Both the position numbers and the translations under genes were made by a program. From Selaginella moellendorffii (Eukaryota; Plantae; Lycopodiophyta), in NCBI RefSeq assembly GCF_000143415.4, contig NW_003314276.1:2034107-2098106 (forward strand): a DNA stretch of 64,000 nucleotides, written 5' to 3'. How positions within the stretch are numbered: the first letter of the stretch is position 1; every line of letters begins with the position of its first letter. The notes beneath the pieces were generated by a model, which saw only the letters and a program-made list of their open reading frames with translations, was not told where the DNA came from and searched no databases. This document shows positions 41,179 to 53,838 of the stretch, piece by piece.

Positions 41179-41955
41179 TTACGCGTCACTGCCAGCGTTG
41201 GCAGGACACTTTGAGGAGAATCCCAGAGTGCCATTGCTGTGCGAACCACGAGTGTGAGCTTCCAGCTGTTTCTTCTCAGTCAGAGAATCGTCCACCACAA
41301 CTTCGATCTGCCACCCGGGATCCTGAAAGATCGCATTACTGCGCTGCTTCCTCCGAGAGAACATCCATCGCACGAGCAAAAAGCATGCAAGCAGCACCAA
41401 GATCGCAACCAAAACCCAGAGAAGAAGCTGGAGCAGCGACCACGGCGTCCTCCGAACCACTGTAACTACTGCTGCGGGTGTTGGTGTGGCCACTGCTGCG
41501 TCGTGACCCTCGTGACGATGGTGGTGGTGGTGGTGGTGGTGGTTGTGGCGTCCTCCATGGTGGTGACCATGGTGGTGATCATGGTGATGGTGGTGAACAA
41601 CCAGAGGAGCTCCATCACCGTGATGATGATGGTACACTGCTGCTGCTGGAGCTGGATGGTGGTGGCGAGCATGATCAAGGATAGCAGGCGCTGGAGCTAG
41701 ATGAGCAGGGTGGCCGCGAGCAGGGTGAACGAAAGCAGCTGGCGCTGGGGCTCGAACTGGAGCGTCACCTTGAAGAACTGGAGCTAAAGCTGGCGCTGGC
41801 TCGTGGCCTCCTCGAGGATGGTGTCCATGGTGGTCTGCTCGATGTGCTGGAGCTAGAGCTGGAGGTCGCGGGTGTGAAGGTCGGTGATGGCCGCCATGCC
41901 AGGGCGCTGGAGCTCGGCGGGCAAGCGTTGGGGCGGCGTGAGCGCGAGAGACCAT
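41179..41955 (-). CDS. His/Pro/Ala-rich single-pass membrane protein (258 aa), copy 3 (inverted)
   Basis: Reverse-complement paralog; ORF intact. Confidence 0.6.
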   Translation of the reverse strand: MVSRAHAAPTLARRAPAPWHGGHHRPSHPRPPALAPAHRADHHGHHPRGGHEPAPALAPVLQGDAPVRAPAPAAFVHPARGHPAHLAPAPAILDHARHHHPAPAAAVYHHHHGDGAPLVVHHHHHDHHHGHHHGGRHNHHHHHHHHRHEGHDAAVATPTPAAVVTVVRRTPWSLLQLLLWVLVAILVLLACFLLVRWMFSRRKQRSNAIFQDPGWQIEVVVDDSLTEKKQLEAHTRGSHSNGTLGFSSKCPANAGSDA

Positions 41956-42952
41956 AGCTTACCTGACGAGAGCTTCGACAATAGAAAAATCCAAGCGAGA
42001 AAGATTATAACCTAACCCTTGACTACTTTTGGTTTTAACGAGTAGCTGGTGACGCTGTGGATTGTCAGACTTGAATGCGGGAAAAAGAAACACAAGATAA
42101 ATATCTATCCATTGCTGTTTTGATATTCTCACGGTGCAACATTGATATTGATCCACAGCTCCTCCAGAGTAAAATCGGTCAAAACGCCTGGAACGATCCA
42201 ACAATCGAACATATTTGGAGATGCTTGTGTCGATCCCAAAAATCCAATTCTAGTACTCATCCTGGCATTTCAAGAGCTTTTTAAGAGATGAGGTTTGGAA
42301 GGTTTCTACTCCTTGCAAAGCTGTTCCAGATCATACCAATTTGATTTATATTGTGTTGGTTTTACCAATTGCTTTACTCATCCTCTTGAATAACAGTGCA
42401 AAGCAAAACACTAGCCTTGTTCCTCCTCCTCTAGTGAATATTATTACTATAGTATGTATTATTATTATAGTTTTTAGTAACACTAATATTATTTGGTATT
42501 TTGGTTTGCTAGTAAACATATTTAGCTACATAATTGTAGAGCTAAAAGTCTTTTAAAATGAGCAACTTTTCTTTCTTACAAAATTCAAAATTGGAAACAT
42601 CATCTTCACATTCTTTCAAAGTTTAAGCGCATTTGCTTTTGGTATCTCATAGCCCCTGAACAAACAAATAGAGATATTGTGAACTCTTGATCAATTCAAA
42701 GAAACTAATCATTAAAAGCTTACTAGGTGATGTACAATCTGCTAATAGAGAGAGCCAGGTCAACAAAAGGAGTCATTAAGAATAAAGCTTTAAAATATAC
42801 TAGTAGACTAAAGAATATTTTCTTAATGTTTTAGTGGCAATATTTTTATTAAAGAGGCATTTTTAAAAAATAGTAATTTAAAAAATATTTAAATATGAGT
42901 GGCAATATTTTCTAATTAATAGAGGTTTTGCCTTGTCACCTAATTTACAGAA

Positions 42953-43673
42953 TGTAAGGTCCAAGTGTATAGCTACAATACCATATACTAATATTAGCGT
43001 AATGGGATTTTAGTAGTTGTCGGATTGGTTTTAATTTGAACCACTCGCTCCTATATATAAACTATGGTTTTTGGGATAATTGAGATATATATTTTCTATA
43101 TTCCCTTTCCATATTCTATACATTCATATTGGTAGAGTTAAAGAGCACCTTTAATTGTCCTTGAGGAGTGCTTGGATTTAGGATTATAGTTTAAATTTAA
43201 CTTTTATATTGTTTAGATTTAACTTTTTCCATTTCCTTTCTTTTGTTCTTTCCTTTATCAGGATTTTGGTTTAGATTTAGCTTTTGCATTGTTCAGATCT
43301 CCCTTTCCTTCTAGCTATTTTTTTCATTTATCTTCTTTTGCTCTTTTATTTTCATTCATCTTTATGGTAAATCAATAGTCTCCTCCTTTGACTTTGGAGT
43401 AGCAATTGGTGCAATTGTTTGATGCTATGTGATTGTGATTGGATAACCAAACTCAATTGATGGCGGCATTCATGGCACATGGTATAGCTCCTTTTACCCT
43501 TGGTGCCAATTTTCGCGTTCGGCCGAAGTTCTTTCGTGGGAATCTTTGGGATGATGTGTTTTATTAGTTCAATCATTTCACAGTGATTGCCACATATCAT
43601 TCTTGGGATGATGTTTGACGTTTGTGTAAGTTTCCCACATGTTTCCAAGGGACGGCATTGCAGTGGTACAATG
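42953..43673 (+). mobile_element. Family B copy 3: 5' LTR (42953-43126) and start of internal region, interrupted by family A
   Basis: TGTAAGGTCC...CATTCA, then TAT TGGTAGAG (PBS-like); ends in CAATG directly before LTR A. Confidence 0.8.
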
Positions 43674-45358
43674 TGTAGGCGACTAATTTTTCCATTCTAC
43701 TTTAGTCACTTAACCACACCTCCAACCGCATGGAGGAGTCTCACTCACAACCTCCATAAGTCCTATTTCATACTTGGGCTTGCTAGCCCTGAGAATGGCA
43801 TCCCCGCCACTCAACCTATGCACTTGATCCAAGTGCTCCACGTGTCTGATCCCATGACCGACACCCCAAGGTACCATCGACATATCAGCCCCTTATGCTA
43901 AGGCCATGCCCCTTTACCTTGGTCACACCAGTGGACTAACACCACCTGCATCACAGTCCCATCTCTCAAGGACTGGGCCATTCGTCCATGAGTGATCATT
44001 CCAGATCCAGTCCTTAGCATCCTTAGGATGCCCACAAACATGGGGAATAGCCTTCCCCAATATCCCTTTTCCGGTCTTCACCAAGTCCCTTTCTGCCCAT
44101 GGCCGTGTTCGCCAACACTGCCACTGGATCGAGGCCCACAGGCCCGACCATTAAGTCCCACAGTCCTCTAGGACTTCCTCACCACTCGACTGTATCCTTG
44201 GTCATTACACCAGAGGACTACTCCTCCTCCTTTCCACAGTCTGGGCCTTTGGGACAACATTTCGGAACACCGTGGCCCTACACGGGCCTTATGGGTACTC
44301 TCCTCACCTTTTGCCTTTGGGTGCTCTAGCCATGGGCTTAGAGCGAGGTTCCGTTGAGCCACACCAGGTATCCAAGTAGGTAGTGCCACCCACACTTGGA
44401 CTGGGAGTATCGGCCAGTCGATCTCCCGGGGGAACTAGAGCCGGCTGTTGAACACTTCACCAAGCTACCCTGCTTGTCGATTTGTGTTCACTCTAGTCTT
44501 GGACTTCCCAGTGGGCAGCTCATCACCCAACACTGGGTCCAGCCTTCCTAGGCCAAACTGGCCTTTCCTGGCCAAATTGGCTCCACTGCAGTCCTCCCCC
44601 TACTATACTTTTGGAGCTCACCAAACCCCCCAGGGTTTGGGAGACGAATGCTTTGGGCGTTCACCCTCTCAGGCTCGAACTCGGACTCGGCCTCGGACTC
44701 GGACTCGGACTCGGACTCGGACTCGGATTCGGATTCGGACTCGGACTCGGCCTCGGCCTCAGTCTCGGTCTCGGTCCCGATCTCGGTCTCGGTCTCGGTC
44801 CCGATCTCGGTCTCGGTCTCGGTCCCGGTCTCGGTCTTGGTCCCGGTCTCGACTTCGGACTCCATCTCGGGTCCATCTTGGACTCCATCTCGGACTCTAT
44901 CTCGGGTCCATCTCGGGTCCATCTCGGACTCCATCTCGGACTCCATCTCGGGTCTTTCTCGGACTCCATCTTGGACTCCATCTCGGGTCCATCTCGGGTC
45001 CATCTTGAGTCCATCTCGAACTCCATCTCGGACTCCATCTCGGACTCCATCTCGGGTCCATCTCGGACTCCATCTCGGGGTCCTTCTCGGACTCCACTTC
45101 GGACTCCAACTCGGGTCCATCTCGGACACTTCCATGTGTCATGTGTTGGTCCTTTTGAGTCCCTTTTTGGAGCCTCGCTTATTGCTCTCTTTGTGTTTGT
45201 TTCTCGAGCACTTTGTTGGGAGTTCCACTCCCGCTCTCGACCTTTCAAGGCGGAGCTTTTAGTACAAATGTGTTACGCTTGTTTGGCTTTCGCTTCAGCC
45301 ACTACCACGTGGCGCCCCTCCAGCTCCACTTTGGGGCCTAGGGATTTTGTGTCTCACA
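43674..45358 (-). repeat. 3' LTR of family A
   Basis: TGTAGGCGAC...GTGTCTCACA preceded by CAATG (43669-43673). Confidence 0.9.
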
Positions 45359-45371
45359 ACTCCACCACCCA
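45359..45371 (-). promoter_or_regulatory. Polypurine tract
   Basis: Minus strand TGGGTGGTGGAGT immediately before the LTR's TG. Confidence 0.7.
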
Positions 45372-48300
45372 TAGACGAAGTTCGATGTCCTCATCGAACG
45401 GTAAACCATTTTATAAAGTAACACCCGCATGTGTTACCATTTCCATCCTTGGCACCTAGCCAATATTTGTCAATGGTTTGACGTTGAAGGCTCACCATGC
45501 CTTCACCATATTCGTCAATGGTTTGTCACCAAAGGCTCACCATGCCTTGCCTATCCTCTAAGGAGGGTAGTCTCTCCAACTTAGAGACTGATTGGACCAC
45601 ATGTCGTGGTTCTCTCCTTTTATTGGTTTAATTCTCGCTAAACCTCTTAGAGACCCTTCTCTAAGTCAATCCCACTACTCCTTCTCGAGTAGTCTCAATT
45701 TCCATCTATGGAACGTTTGCACCTTGGAACTTTTTACTCTTTGCCTTCTGGAAGTCAATTTCCTAGGTGTCTCCAACACCTTGCTTTGCACTTTTTGTGC
45801 AACTCCACTTCCCCATCTTAGGAAGTTCTTTACTTGAGGGCACCATCATCCTCTCTTCTATTTCGTGCCACATTGGGCACTAAGTTCCATTTATCATACT
45901 TTGTGCTAGGGCTGTCCATGGCCCTATCATTTGGCTACCTTACCGCTCCCTCCTTTAGAGCTTCCACTTTCGCCAAATCGGAGCAATTCAGAATCCATCC
46001 TTGGAAACACACTTCCTTTCCCGCAATTTGTTAGCGTCCAACACATTAGTGTTCCTCGCCTAACTTTGCCACTTGGATTCCTTCCAAGGGATTCCACGGC
46101 CCTATCTTGGCCACTCATCTTTTGCTCCTATCCGTTGATTGTTGCACCAAGCAACATCGAATCTCTACCTCCCTCCTTGAGGTATTCTTTTGATTCCATA
46201 GCAAAGGCTCTGCTTTGCCAAGACTAGGGTGTTCACCCCTAGTAAGTCTCTTTTAGCATCTTCTGCTGTAGGCTCTATCCACGGCCCAACTTTGTGACCC
46301 TCCCATGAGTCTCTTTAGAGACTACTTTCCTTGGACACACTATGCTATCGCAATGACATAGCTCATTTCCCTAAGGTGCTTTCCCCACTTGGTCACCTTG
46401 ACCAAGCCACACCATCATCAATAGTTTAAATCAACACTTTGAACTAGGAACCTTATTCCTTAACCCAAACAAGGACTTTGTCCTTATTTAGCCACAAGAT
46501 CACCTAGTAATCTCACCTCGGCACCTTAACAAGTTTGCCAATAGGTACTAGGTCTTCCAGACCTTTAACTTGTTAACTACGACCCCGGGGACATCCCCCA
46601 CACTTGGCGGTGCGCCCAAGCCAGCCCTTCCGGCCAAGGGTCCATAGCAACTGAGATTGGGTGTCCCTGTCTCATTCACCACGTCCTTGGTGCCATTGGC
46701 ACCAAAGTGTTCAAGTTAGATATGCTGAGCCACACTAAGCAATCTAACCGTGCATCACGACTCTGGGGCATCCCCCGTTTGGCGGTGTGCCCAAGCCAAT
46801 CTCCTCATTGAGAGTCCATGACCACCGAAATATGAGTGTCCTCATATTCCAAACCATCACCACGCCCTAGTGATTTGGGACTCGAACCCAAGCACTAGAG
46901 GGTCGGGACTCAAACCTAACCTCCATATATGCATCTACGGATGGCATCACCCAGGATGCCTGGTGTGACTCCCCACGCCGGTGCACCAACTTATACTCAG
47001 AGCGCGCTACAAATCACAACTTAGGAACCTAGTTCCTCCACACTACCAAGTCCTCTCACTTGACAAGTCTGTGATCATGCATGGACTCTTCCATGCTTGG
47101 CCCCATGGCCCACCCTTTTTGAAGTTATCACCTTCAACTAGGGTATTTGTTCCCCTGACTTGCCAATCTCGCTTGGCAAGTCCTCCGACCACTGAGACAT
47201 GGTTTCTGCACAAGCGTGAAAGCCTTTGATCATCGACTTTCATTCAAAGCCCTCTCTTTGAACACTCGGGAACTACTTCCCTAACCTTGATAGCCTTGCC
47301 TCATGGCAAGCTTCAAGACCATGCTTCTGCTGCGCCACTCTGAATTCACGCGTTCCTTGAACCATTTACGCTTGGCCTTTCTAGGTACTAAGCTACCTAG
47401 AATCCTCTTTGGGAACCTTGAAGGAACTCTGTCCCTTAGCTTGCTAAGGCCTCCCTTTTTGCAAGCTTTCCAATTACCATATAGTCTAACATGGACAATT
47501 CCATATTTTAAACTCTCCATGGCATCACGGTTGCTAGCGGCAACACCCTCAAGCCCCCACTTGATTCTCCACTCCCAGCTGGCATAACCAACCTTGGTTA
47601 TGCCCTTCGATTCCTATGGTTCGGTTCTATCCCCTTACTTCTTGCTTTTGGCTTCACACCTTTCCTTCAATCATTCTCCTCCAGACCAGGAGGATAGCTT
47701 TGCACTTTCTATCATGCCTTAGCAAATATTCTTAGGGATGAACCTACCCGATAGCCTAGAGAGTGGTTCCTCAATCATGCTCTATTTCGTTAAAGTGGGA
47801 TTTATTCAGTAAAATGGGACTAGGTACAAATTTTCAAGTATTTGAAAATGACGTGAAATTATATGTTTTTTGTCCAGGGACTAGACATATCTGGGGCATG
47901 GTGACTAGCGCGGTGACCTTATGTCCAGACTGAGTCCATCTAGTTGTATAATAAATCTCATTGTCAAGGTGAACAAGCCGAATCTGAAGCTAAAGAAGAG
48001 CGATGGCATGCGCGCACACACTATTTGTTTGTTCATTGAGCGTGTGGTGAGCTTTCCAAGATGAACATCATTCCTATTAGCCAGACATATAACTTAATAG
48101 TGAGAACATTTAGATATTATTCAATGTTATCTTTTTCTAACGAATCTAATTGTGAAGGTGTAGCAAGAGGCATTGCTAGTCTGGAGAAGTCATTTAACTC
48201 ATTTGACCCTTAGTGTATTTTCATGAAACTAAATAACATTCATATTATTAAGGAATTTCTCTAGTACCTTTTTTTTACGACATAGAGGCTTGCATTTCTT

Positions 48301-48436
48301 TCAAAGGTGATTTAGTAAAAGGCCTGAGAGCACATGCCATTCTATTTCTCAGACCGGTATTAAGATATACTAGTGCAAAGGGAAAAAGGTATTTGGTGAT
48401 CAAGTAAATGGCATGAGGGCACATGCCATTATAAGC

Positions 48437-48796
48437 CTAAGCGCTAGTGGACACCTCCTTTTTGGTACTCTCAGCGGTACTATCATCCTTCTCCGGGTCA
48501 GTTGTTTTGCTTTGGATTGTTGTCTCTGACGTTACTGGGGCGTTCTCGATAGTTGTTAATGTTGCCGTTTGTTCAGAAAAATGATCACCTGGAGTATAGT
48601 ACGGGGAGTTTGGAAGACTTATATATTCTACATCTTCACCTATCTCCTTCTCCGTCTCCTTTTCTGCCTCACTTACAGATTTTGTGCTTGCCATGAGAAC
48701 GCTCTTCACCCTAAAATATGGAGTTCGTTGTGTTATAAAAGGAAACCAACACACACGCTGCAAGGGAATGATGGTACATAAAGCACGTAAGCCCAC
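48437..48796 (-). CDS. Small acidic/Thr-rich ORF inside the transposon (possible exon of unknown gene)
   Basis: 119-aa ORF with low-complexity E/T/S composition and an upstream TTTTAG acceptor; no recognisable domain. Confidence 0.3.
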   Translation of the reverse strand: MGLRALCTIIPLQRVCWFPFITQRTPYFRVKSVLMASTKSVSEAEKETEKEIGEDVEYISLPNSPYYTPGDHFSEQTATLTTIENAPVTSETTIQSKTTDPEKDDSTAESTKKEVSTSA

Positions 48797-49405
48797 AATA
48801 TGGGTTTATGTGCCATTAATATGGGCCACACGCCATATTATTAGATTTATGCACGTGTGATTGGTAAATGCATATGTCACATCATCTTTGTTTTACCTCA
48901 CACACTATATCAGGCCTAATGAACCATATCACATGTGCGCACATGCTATATATATGGAGAAGTATTATGCAAGGATAGAAATTCAATGCATGATTGTGGA
49001 GAGCAATGGCATGAAGCCACATGCTAAATAACATTTTAGAGAAAGAATTAAAATAAAAACATGCAAACAGTACTAAGTGGACCAAGACTTAGAAGTGCAC
49101 AATTGAATGAGGTATTTTTAATAAATACTTCACTCACCTCATATAGGAATGGCTACCACTCTCAAATGGCGTATCGCCTCATGCCATCACCTCGCAATTT
49201 GTTATAACAATCCGATAAATTTATATTCGGCTTGTTCACCTTGAACTTTAAGTAAGATTTGCTAGAACAACTAAGAATTTATACTTGTTATTTGTATCAT
49301 CTCACCTAGGAATGGCGTAAGGCCACATGCCATCACGCCTCCTCTGATTCAGATTCGGATTGTTCACCTTGAAATAAAATACATTAGAAACTTAGTAAAG
49401 GAATA

Positions 49406-52400
49406 TTAATGAATCTCACCTTGAACCCGGGTTATGAATGCTCTTGCTGCATCTCTTGCATGGTCTGGCAAGGTGATGGTGGCACTCTGCTTCCGGATCC
49501 AACCATGCACAACATTATCCACCGATATGCTCATGCTGGGATCCCTTGGATTCAGCACCCATCTCTTTTCTAGGCAATCGTTCGTATATCCGGAACTTGG
49601 CTTGAACCACTCCACAGTTACATTGAAGGAGTTAGTTTCCGCGTCCTCCTCTGCATCAGTGATGCAGCGCCCCACCCATATGATTTGTTTTTTATTACTG
49701 GGTCTGACAAGCACGACCATTCCTTTGCAGACCTGTACTGGATTGAATGCTGAATCCGGCTTCTTGTTCCTCGGCCCACAATAGTGATCCTCAACATCGT
49801 TATCTATCACTGCATTTCCAGAGGACATTGTTCCGCTACTATCTGGTGCTCTGGGTTCTGGCCAAAAGGACTCTTCCAATTCTTCATATACAACCGGCCC
49901 ATTTTGGATAGCAGATATAATCTTCTCCCAGTATTCGAGCAAAGGCTTGCACCTCTGAAAATAGGATTCTCCACCAAACACTAACCCCCTCTTCCAGAAG
50001 GCAATATGCTGTCTAATCCCGGCCACTATACTTTCCTGGTCTTTGAGTCCATCCGGGTGCATCGGCCGTGGGGAACCCTGAGGAATCATAGGTTCCCCAG
50101 TTATGGGATCTCTCTTGAAGAGTTCAATGCCGTCCACTGGCAGCCACACTGTGTCCCATTCTCTCATCTTGTACCTCATCACTGGAGCACCGTCACACAT
50201 GCTGAAATGAAACTGAAGAGGCTTGGAGTGGCCAATCAGCGTTTCGGATCCGTCCCTGATGTAGCCTCTTACAAACCCCTTAAAGTCTGGAACCTCTGTC
50301 AGAAGTGCAGCTTCAACAGTGCCTTTGATGCAATTTTGGAATTCATCGTAGAGTTGTGGGAGGGTGAGGACATTGGATCGCCGGAGAGACTCTGCCAGGT
50401 GACTGAACATGGCATCGACGTCTTCATGAGTGTGCCCAACCATGAGAAAGCCAAGTGTAACCGTTTCAAATATGCCTTTGGCAACAAGCATCGCCAAGTA
50501 CGCGAAGACGTACATGTTTTTGTTCTCACTGCCAGCATTGTCTGTTTGGAGCAAAAGATGGGGTGGAAGGCCACATCGGCCGCAAGAACTTCCTTGAGAT
50601 TCTGCTTCGTTTGGATGAGGCTGTGCATTCACCGGGCGACCAGCCTCGTCGGAATGGCATGAGGCCTCACGTGATAACCCTACAATCTGACGGCCAACAT
50701 ATTCACTGGGATGGCATGGGGCCCCACGCGATACTGCAAGCCTTTGCTCCTCCTCCAGCTGAACCCTGTATGGGGTTCGATCGACAAGGGCCTTATGCAA
50801 GGGTTGGCCGTTCAGCTCAGTCTGCGCACTTTGCAGAGACCTTAAGTGTTTTGCTAGGGACGCAATCATCATGTTTGCACCCCCGCCACCCCATAGAGGT
50901 ACAAAGAAGTTCCCATAGTTCTGGGCACCATGCCCATGAGCGATTATGCCAAACAGAGACACAGGCAGCTGCATGGATGAAGAGATTGCCTTGGGGGCAG
51001 GATTGAGTCGAGGTAAGCACGTCTTTTTCTGGTCCATTTTGTCGTGGATGATGCAGAGGTAAGAGTCAGGTCTCTCCATGGAGAGAATCCTGTTATGATA
51101 ATATGCAGTCCTGCAGCTTCTCTGCTCAATGTTGTGGTCGAGCCGCCTTCTAACCAACGTCTCTCGCTCTTGAGCGCTGCAAGAATTCTTCGACAAAGCC
51201 ATTTTGATAGCAGTGCACTCGTCACACTTTGAAAAGCTGGAGTACTTTCCTATACTCACATCCCTGAACTTGTTGCTCCACAATCTACTAAATCTAGATT
51301 GGCTCAGCTTCCTGTAGCCATTACTCTGGAGTTCCTGATTCACATATTCCAATATGGCCCCCTTGGTATACATGGAAGGGAGAACTCGTTGGGTGTCTCG
51401 TGTTCCATCTTCCAGGAGGCGGGTTTTATGTGGTTGCTGCTCGCTACATGTCTCGACAAACCTCTTGAAGATTGCCTCTCCATATACAACATGACCCCTG
51501 GTTTTGTGCGTACCGTCGTTCCCATGGACTGCCTGTTGAACCCTTTGTTCCTCGAACTCAGTTTTGATTCTGTAGAATGTGGTTCGAGGGACTCCATAAA
51601 TGATTCTCCATGCCTTCATGCAGACCAAACCCCTCTGGAAGACCATGCCCCCCACCTGATGTTCTGAAGCATCAACAGATGACCGTAATACCTCATACAC
51701 AAAATTGCGAGCTGCCTTCCAGGACAATGTCTTGTATCTTGCTCTCTCCTCTTCAATAGCATCCCAATCAGCATGTTGACAGCACCTCCTCTTGCAACAA
51801 GCAACTGTCGAGACCATTCGAACCTCCATCGCCATTTTCTGCCTTTTCGGTTCGTTGCTCAGATCCCTTTGGCTGCGCTTTAGGAAGGTGTACTTTCTTT
51901 TCCCATGAAGAGATGTTCTGTCATCAGTTGTAGTGGTGTTTGATTGTGAATCCTTCACATTCTCAAACACTAAGTGCCTCAATTTCCACCGCACAATGCT
52001 TCCAATAGTCAGACTGTTTTCTTCTATGTCAACAACCTCTAAAATCGCAACTCCAATATCATCCCAGCCCAATTCTTGATTAGCAACCGCATCTCTTGGA
52101 TCGACAACTGTGGCTAAGCCCTCAGCTACCACCTCCCCCTCGGGGTTGTTTAGAAACACTTTTGCCTGAATCCATGTAGCACGGTTCTTAAGATCCACGG
52201 AGGGAACATGCGTCGCACTTGCGCTGTCCCCAACATCTGCTTTCTTTTGAAGATTTTTCAAGGCAACAACAACATTTACCCCGACGACCATCTCTCCTCG
52301 TTCAATAGCGACCACATTCCCATCGAAGACAGTCTCTACTGATACAGCAGCATTGCCTTCCCCAAGCCTTTGACAGTGTATAACAAAGTTCCGATCCATA

Positions 52401-52474
52401 GACACAAGAGTCCCTTTTGCAACTCTCTTCCCACCATTCAAAATGTAAACCTTTTCCCCAACCCTGAAGGCCAT
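49406..52474 (-). CDS. DDE/D transposase, Sola-like catalytic core, 1022 aa
   Basis: Candidate triad IIHDKMDQ / LQTDNAGSENKN / FLMVGHTHEDVDAMFS; CDEC..H and CCxxxCC motifs; HTH-like AWRIIYGVPRTTFYRI; two N-terminal VA(K/E)G..LG..V repeats; C-terminal beta-barrel-like segment; lies between TIRs. Confidence 0.8.
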   Translation of the reverse strand: MAFRVGEKVYILNGGKRVAKGTLVSMDRNFVIHCQRLGEGNAAVSVETVFDGNVVAIERGEMVVGVNVVVALKNLQKKADVGDSASATHVPSVDLKNRATWIQAKVFLNNPEGEVVAEGLATVVDPRDAVANQELGWDDIGVAILEVVDIEENSLTIGSIVRWKLRHLVFENVKDSQSNTTTTDDRTSLHGKRKYTFLKRSQRDLSNEPKRQKMAMEVRMVSTVACCKRRCCQHADWDAIEEERARYKTLSWKAARNFVYEVLRSSVDASEHQVGGMVFQRGLVCMKAWRIIYGVPRTTFYRIKTEFEEQRVQQAVHGNDGTHKTRGHVVYGEAIFKRFVETCSEQQPHKTRLLEDGTRDTQRVLPSMYTKGAILEYVNQELQSNGYRKLSQSRFSRLWSNKFRDVSIGKYSSFSKCDECTAIKMALSKNSCSAQERETLVRRRLDHNIEQRSCRTAYYHNRILSMERPDSYLCIIHDKMDQKKTCLPRLNPAPKAISSSMQLPVSLFGIIAHGHGAQNYGNFFVPLWGGGGANMMIASLAKHLRSLQSAQTELNGQPLHKALVDRTPYRVQLEEEQRLAVSRGAPCHPSEYVGRQIVGLSREASCHSDEAGRPVNAQPHPNEAESQGSSCGRCGLPPHLLLQTDNAGSENKNMYVFAYLAMLVAKGIFETVTLGFLMVGHTHEDVDAMFSHLAESLRRSNVLTLPQLYDEFQNCIKGTVEAALLTEVPDFKGFVRGYIRDGSETLIGHSKPLQFHFSMCDGAPVMRYKMREWDTVWLPVDGIELFKRDPITGEPMIPQGSPRPMHPDGLKDQESIVAGIRQHIAFWKRGLVFGGESYFQRCKPLLEYWEKIISAIQNGPVVYEELEESFWPEPRAPDSSGTMSSGNAVIDNDVEDHYCGPRNKKPDSAFNPVQVCKGMVVLVRPSNKKQIIWVGRCITDAEEDAETNSFNVTVEWFKPSSGYTNDCLEKRWVLNPRDPSMSISVDNVVHGWIRKQSATITLPDHARDAARAFITRVQGEIH

Positions 52475-53805
52475 TCTGAAAGTGCAGAAAAGAAGTTAAG
52501 ACCATACAAAAAATGATTGGAGAATGGCCTAAATCATAACATACCAAACAACCTCAATAGCATGAGGCCACATGCCATTATTCAAACATGCTATTGACAC
52601 CCACGTGAAATTTCGCATTCACAAAATTGGCATGAGGCCTCATGCCATCTTGATATACACACAGCTGCAGGCAAGTAAAAACATACATGACAATACGCTA
52701 GCCATGAAATTGCAAGGGCCCAAGATGGTATGTGGCCTCATGCCATTTCTAAATGTGGTCCTAAGCCATTCCATAGTGAACATACCAGGAAGCACAAGTG
52801 CCGAATATCAAGAGGAAGCGGTAGCCACACAAAAGACAGTGCCGCTCGCAACACCGCAACTACTCGTAGCGCCGCTCGGAACACCGCAACTGCTCGTAGC
52901 GCCGCTCGCACAAACTGCCACTCGCATAAACTGCCGCTCGCAATGGCGCTCGCAATGCCGCAACCGCTCGTAGACGCATAAACCACAGCCCACAACGCCG
53001 CTTACACAAGCAGCGCTCACTGCGCTCAGCGGAACCAAGAACACGGCGCACAAAAATGATAGACCTAGGAATGAGTTCGAGAATTCAAAAATAACACACG
53101 CTTGAACGTCACATCAAATCCTCTGACAAACCAGATCTTATGATTCCTCTGACAAATTTCAAACTGAGTAGCTTCTAGACTTTGCTGTCGGAGGTTGAAC
53201 TTTGTCACATCATGTCCTTGCCTCGATCCAGCTGTGCCATGTCAGTGATTCGAACTTTGCCATGCCATGTCAGCGATCCGCGCCAAGATTATTCGCCGTG
53301 TAAAGGAATAATTATGCTGTGTGTGTACGTCCATTTATGGCAATATAAGGCCACACGCCATTCAAAGAATAATGCTCGACATAAGGCCACATGCCATTCA
53401 AAGAATAATGCTAGTCGAGCATTTTTTGGTGCATTTTTGGGTTCAAAATTGCATGAGCCCACACGCTATAAAGTTTACTTGTACCAAAAATAGAAACAGC
53501 TTTATTTACTTGGGAATTTAAGTGGTTGAGGCATTTTTAAACTTACAAACACATGCCCTACTTACATTCTTTTGGTTGCCTAAAATTCAAAAATATTATA
53601 AACCTTTCTTTTTGCATTTTCAATGTTTTCAATTATGGTTTTTGATTTTCGTAGGACCAGCCTAGTAATCTATTTGCATCCCGTCATGTTTATAGCTAGC
53701 TTTCGTTCGTCCCCTTTGCTAGCCTGAGATACATCTGCTCGGCATCTGCCTCTTACAGCATTTGCCCAGAAAGGGCATCTTTCTTCACGCAGCATTTGCC
53801 ACATG

Positions 53806-53838
53806 TTTAGGGTTTAGGGTTTAGGGTTTAGTGTTTAG
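53806..53838 (+). repeat. Interstitial telomeric repeat, copy 2
   Basis: (TTTAGGG)3 TTTAGTG TTTAG; one more unit than copy 1. Confidence 0.9.

Noticed and set aside
45359-47778. Autonomous gag-pol or env gene in family A
   Set aside because: No long ORF and no RT motif; only faint integrase-like traces.
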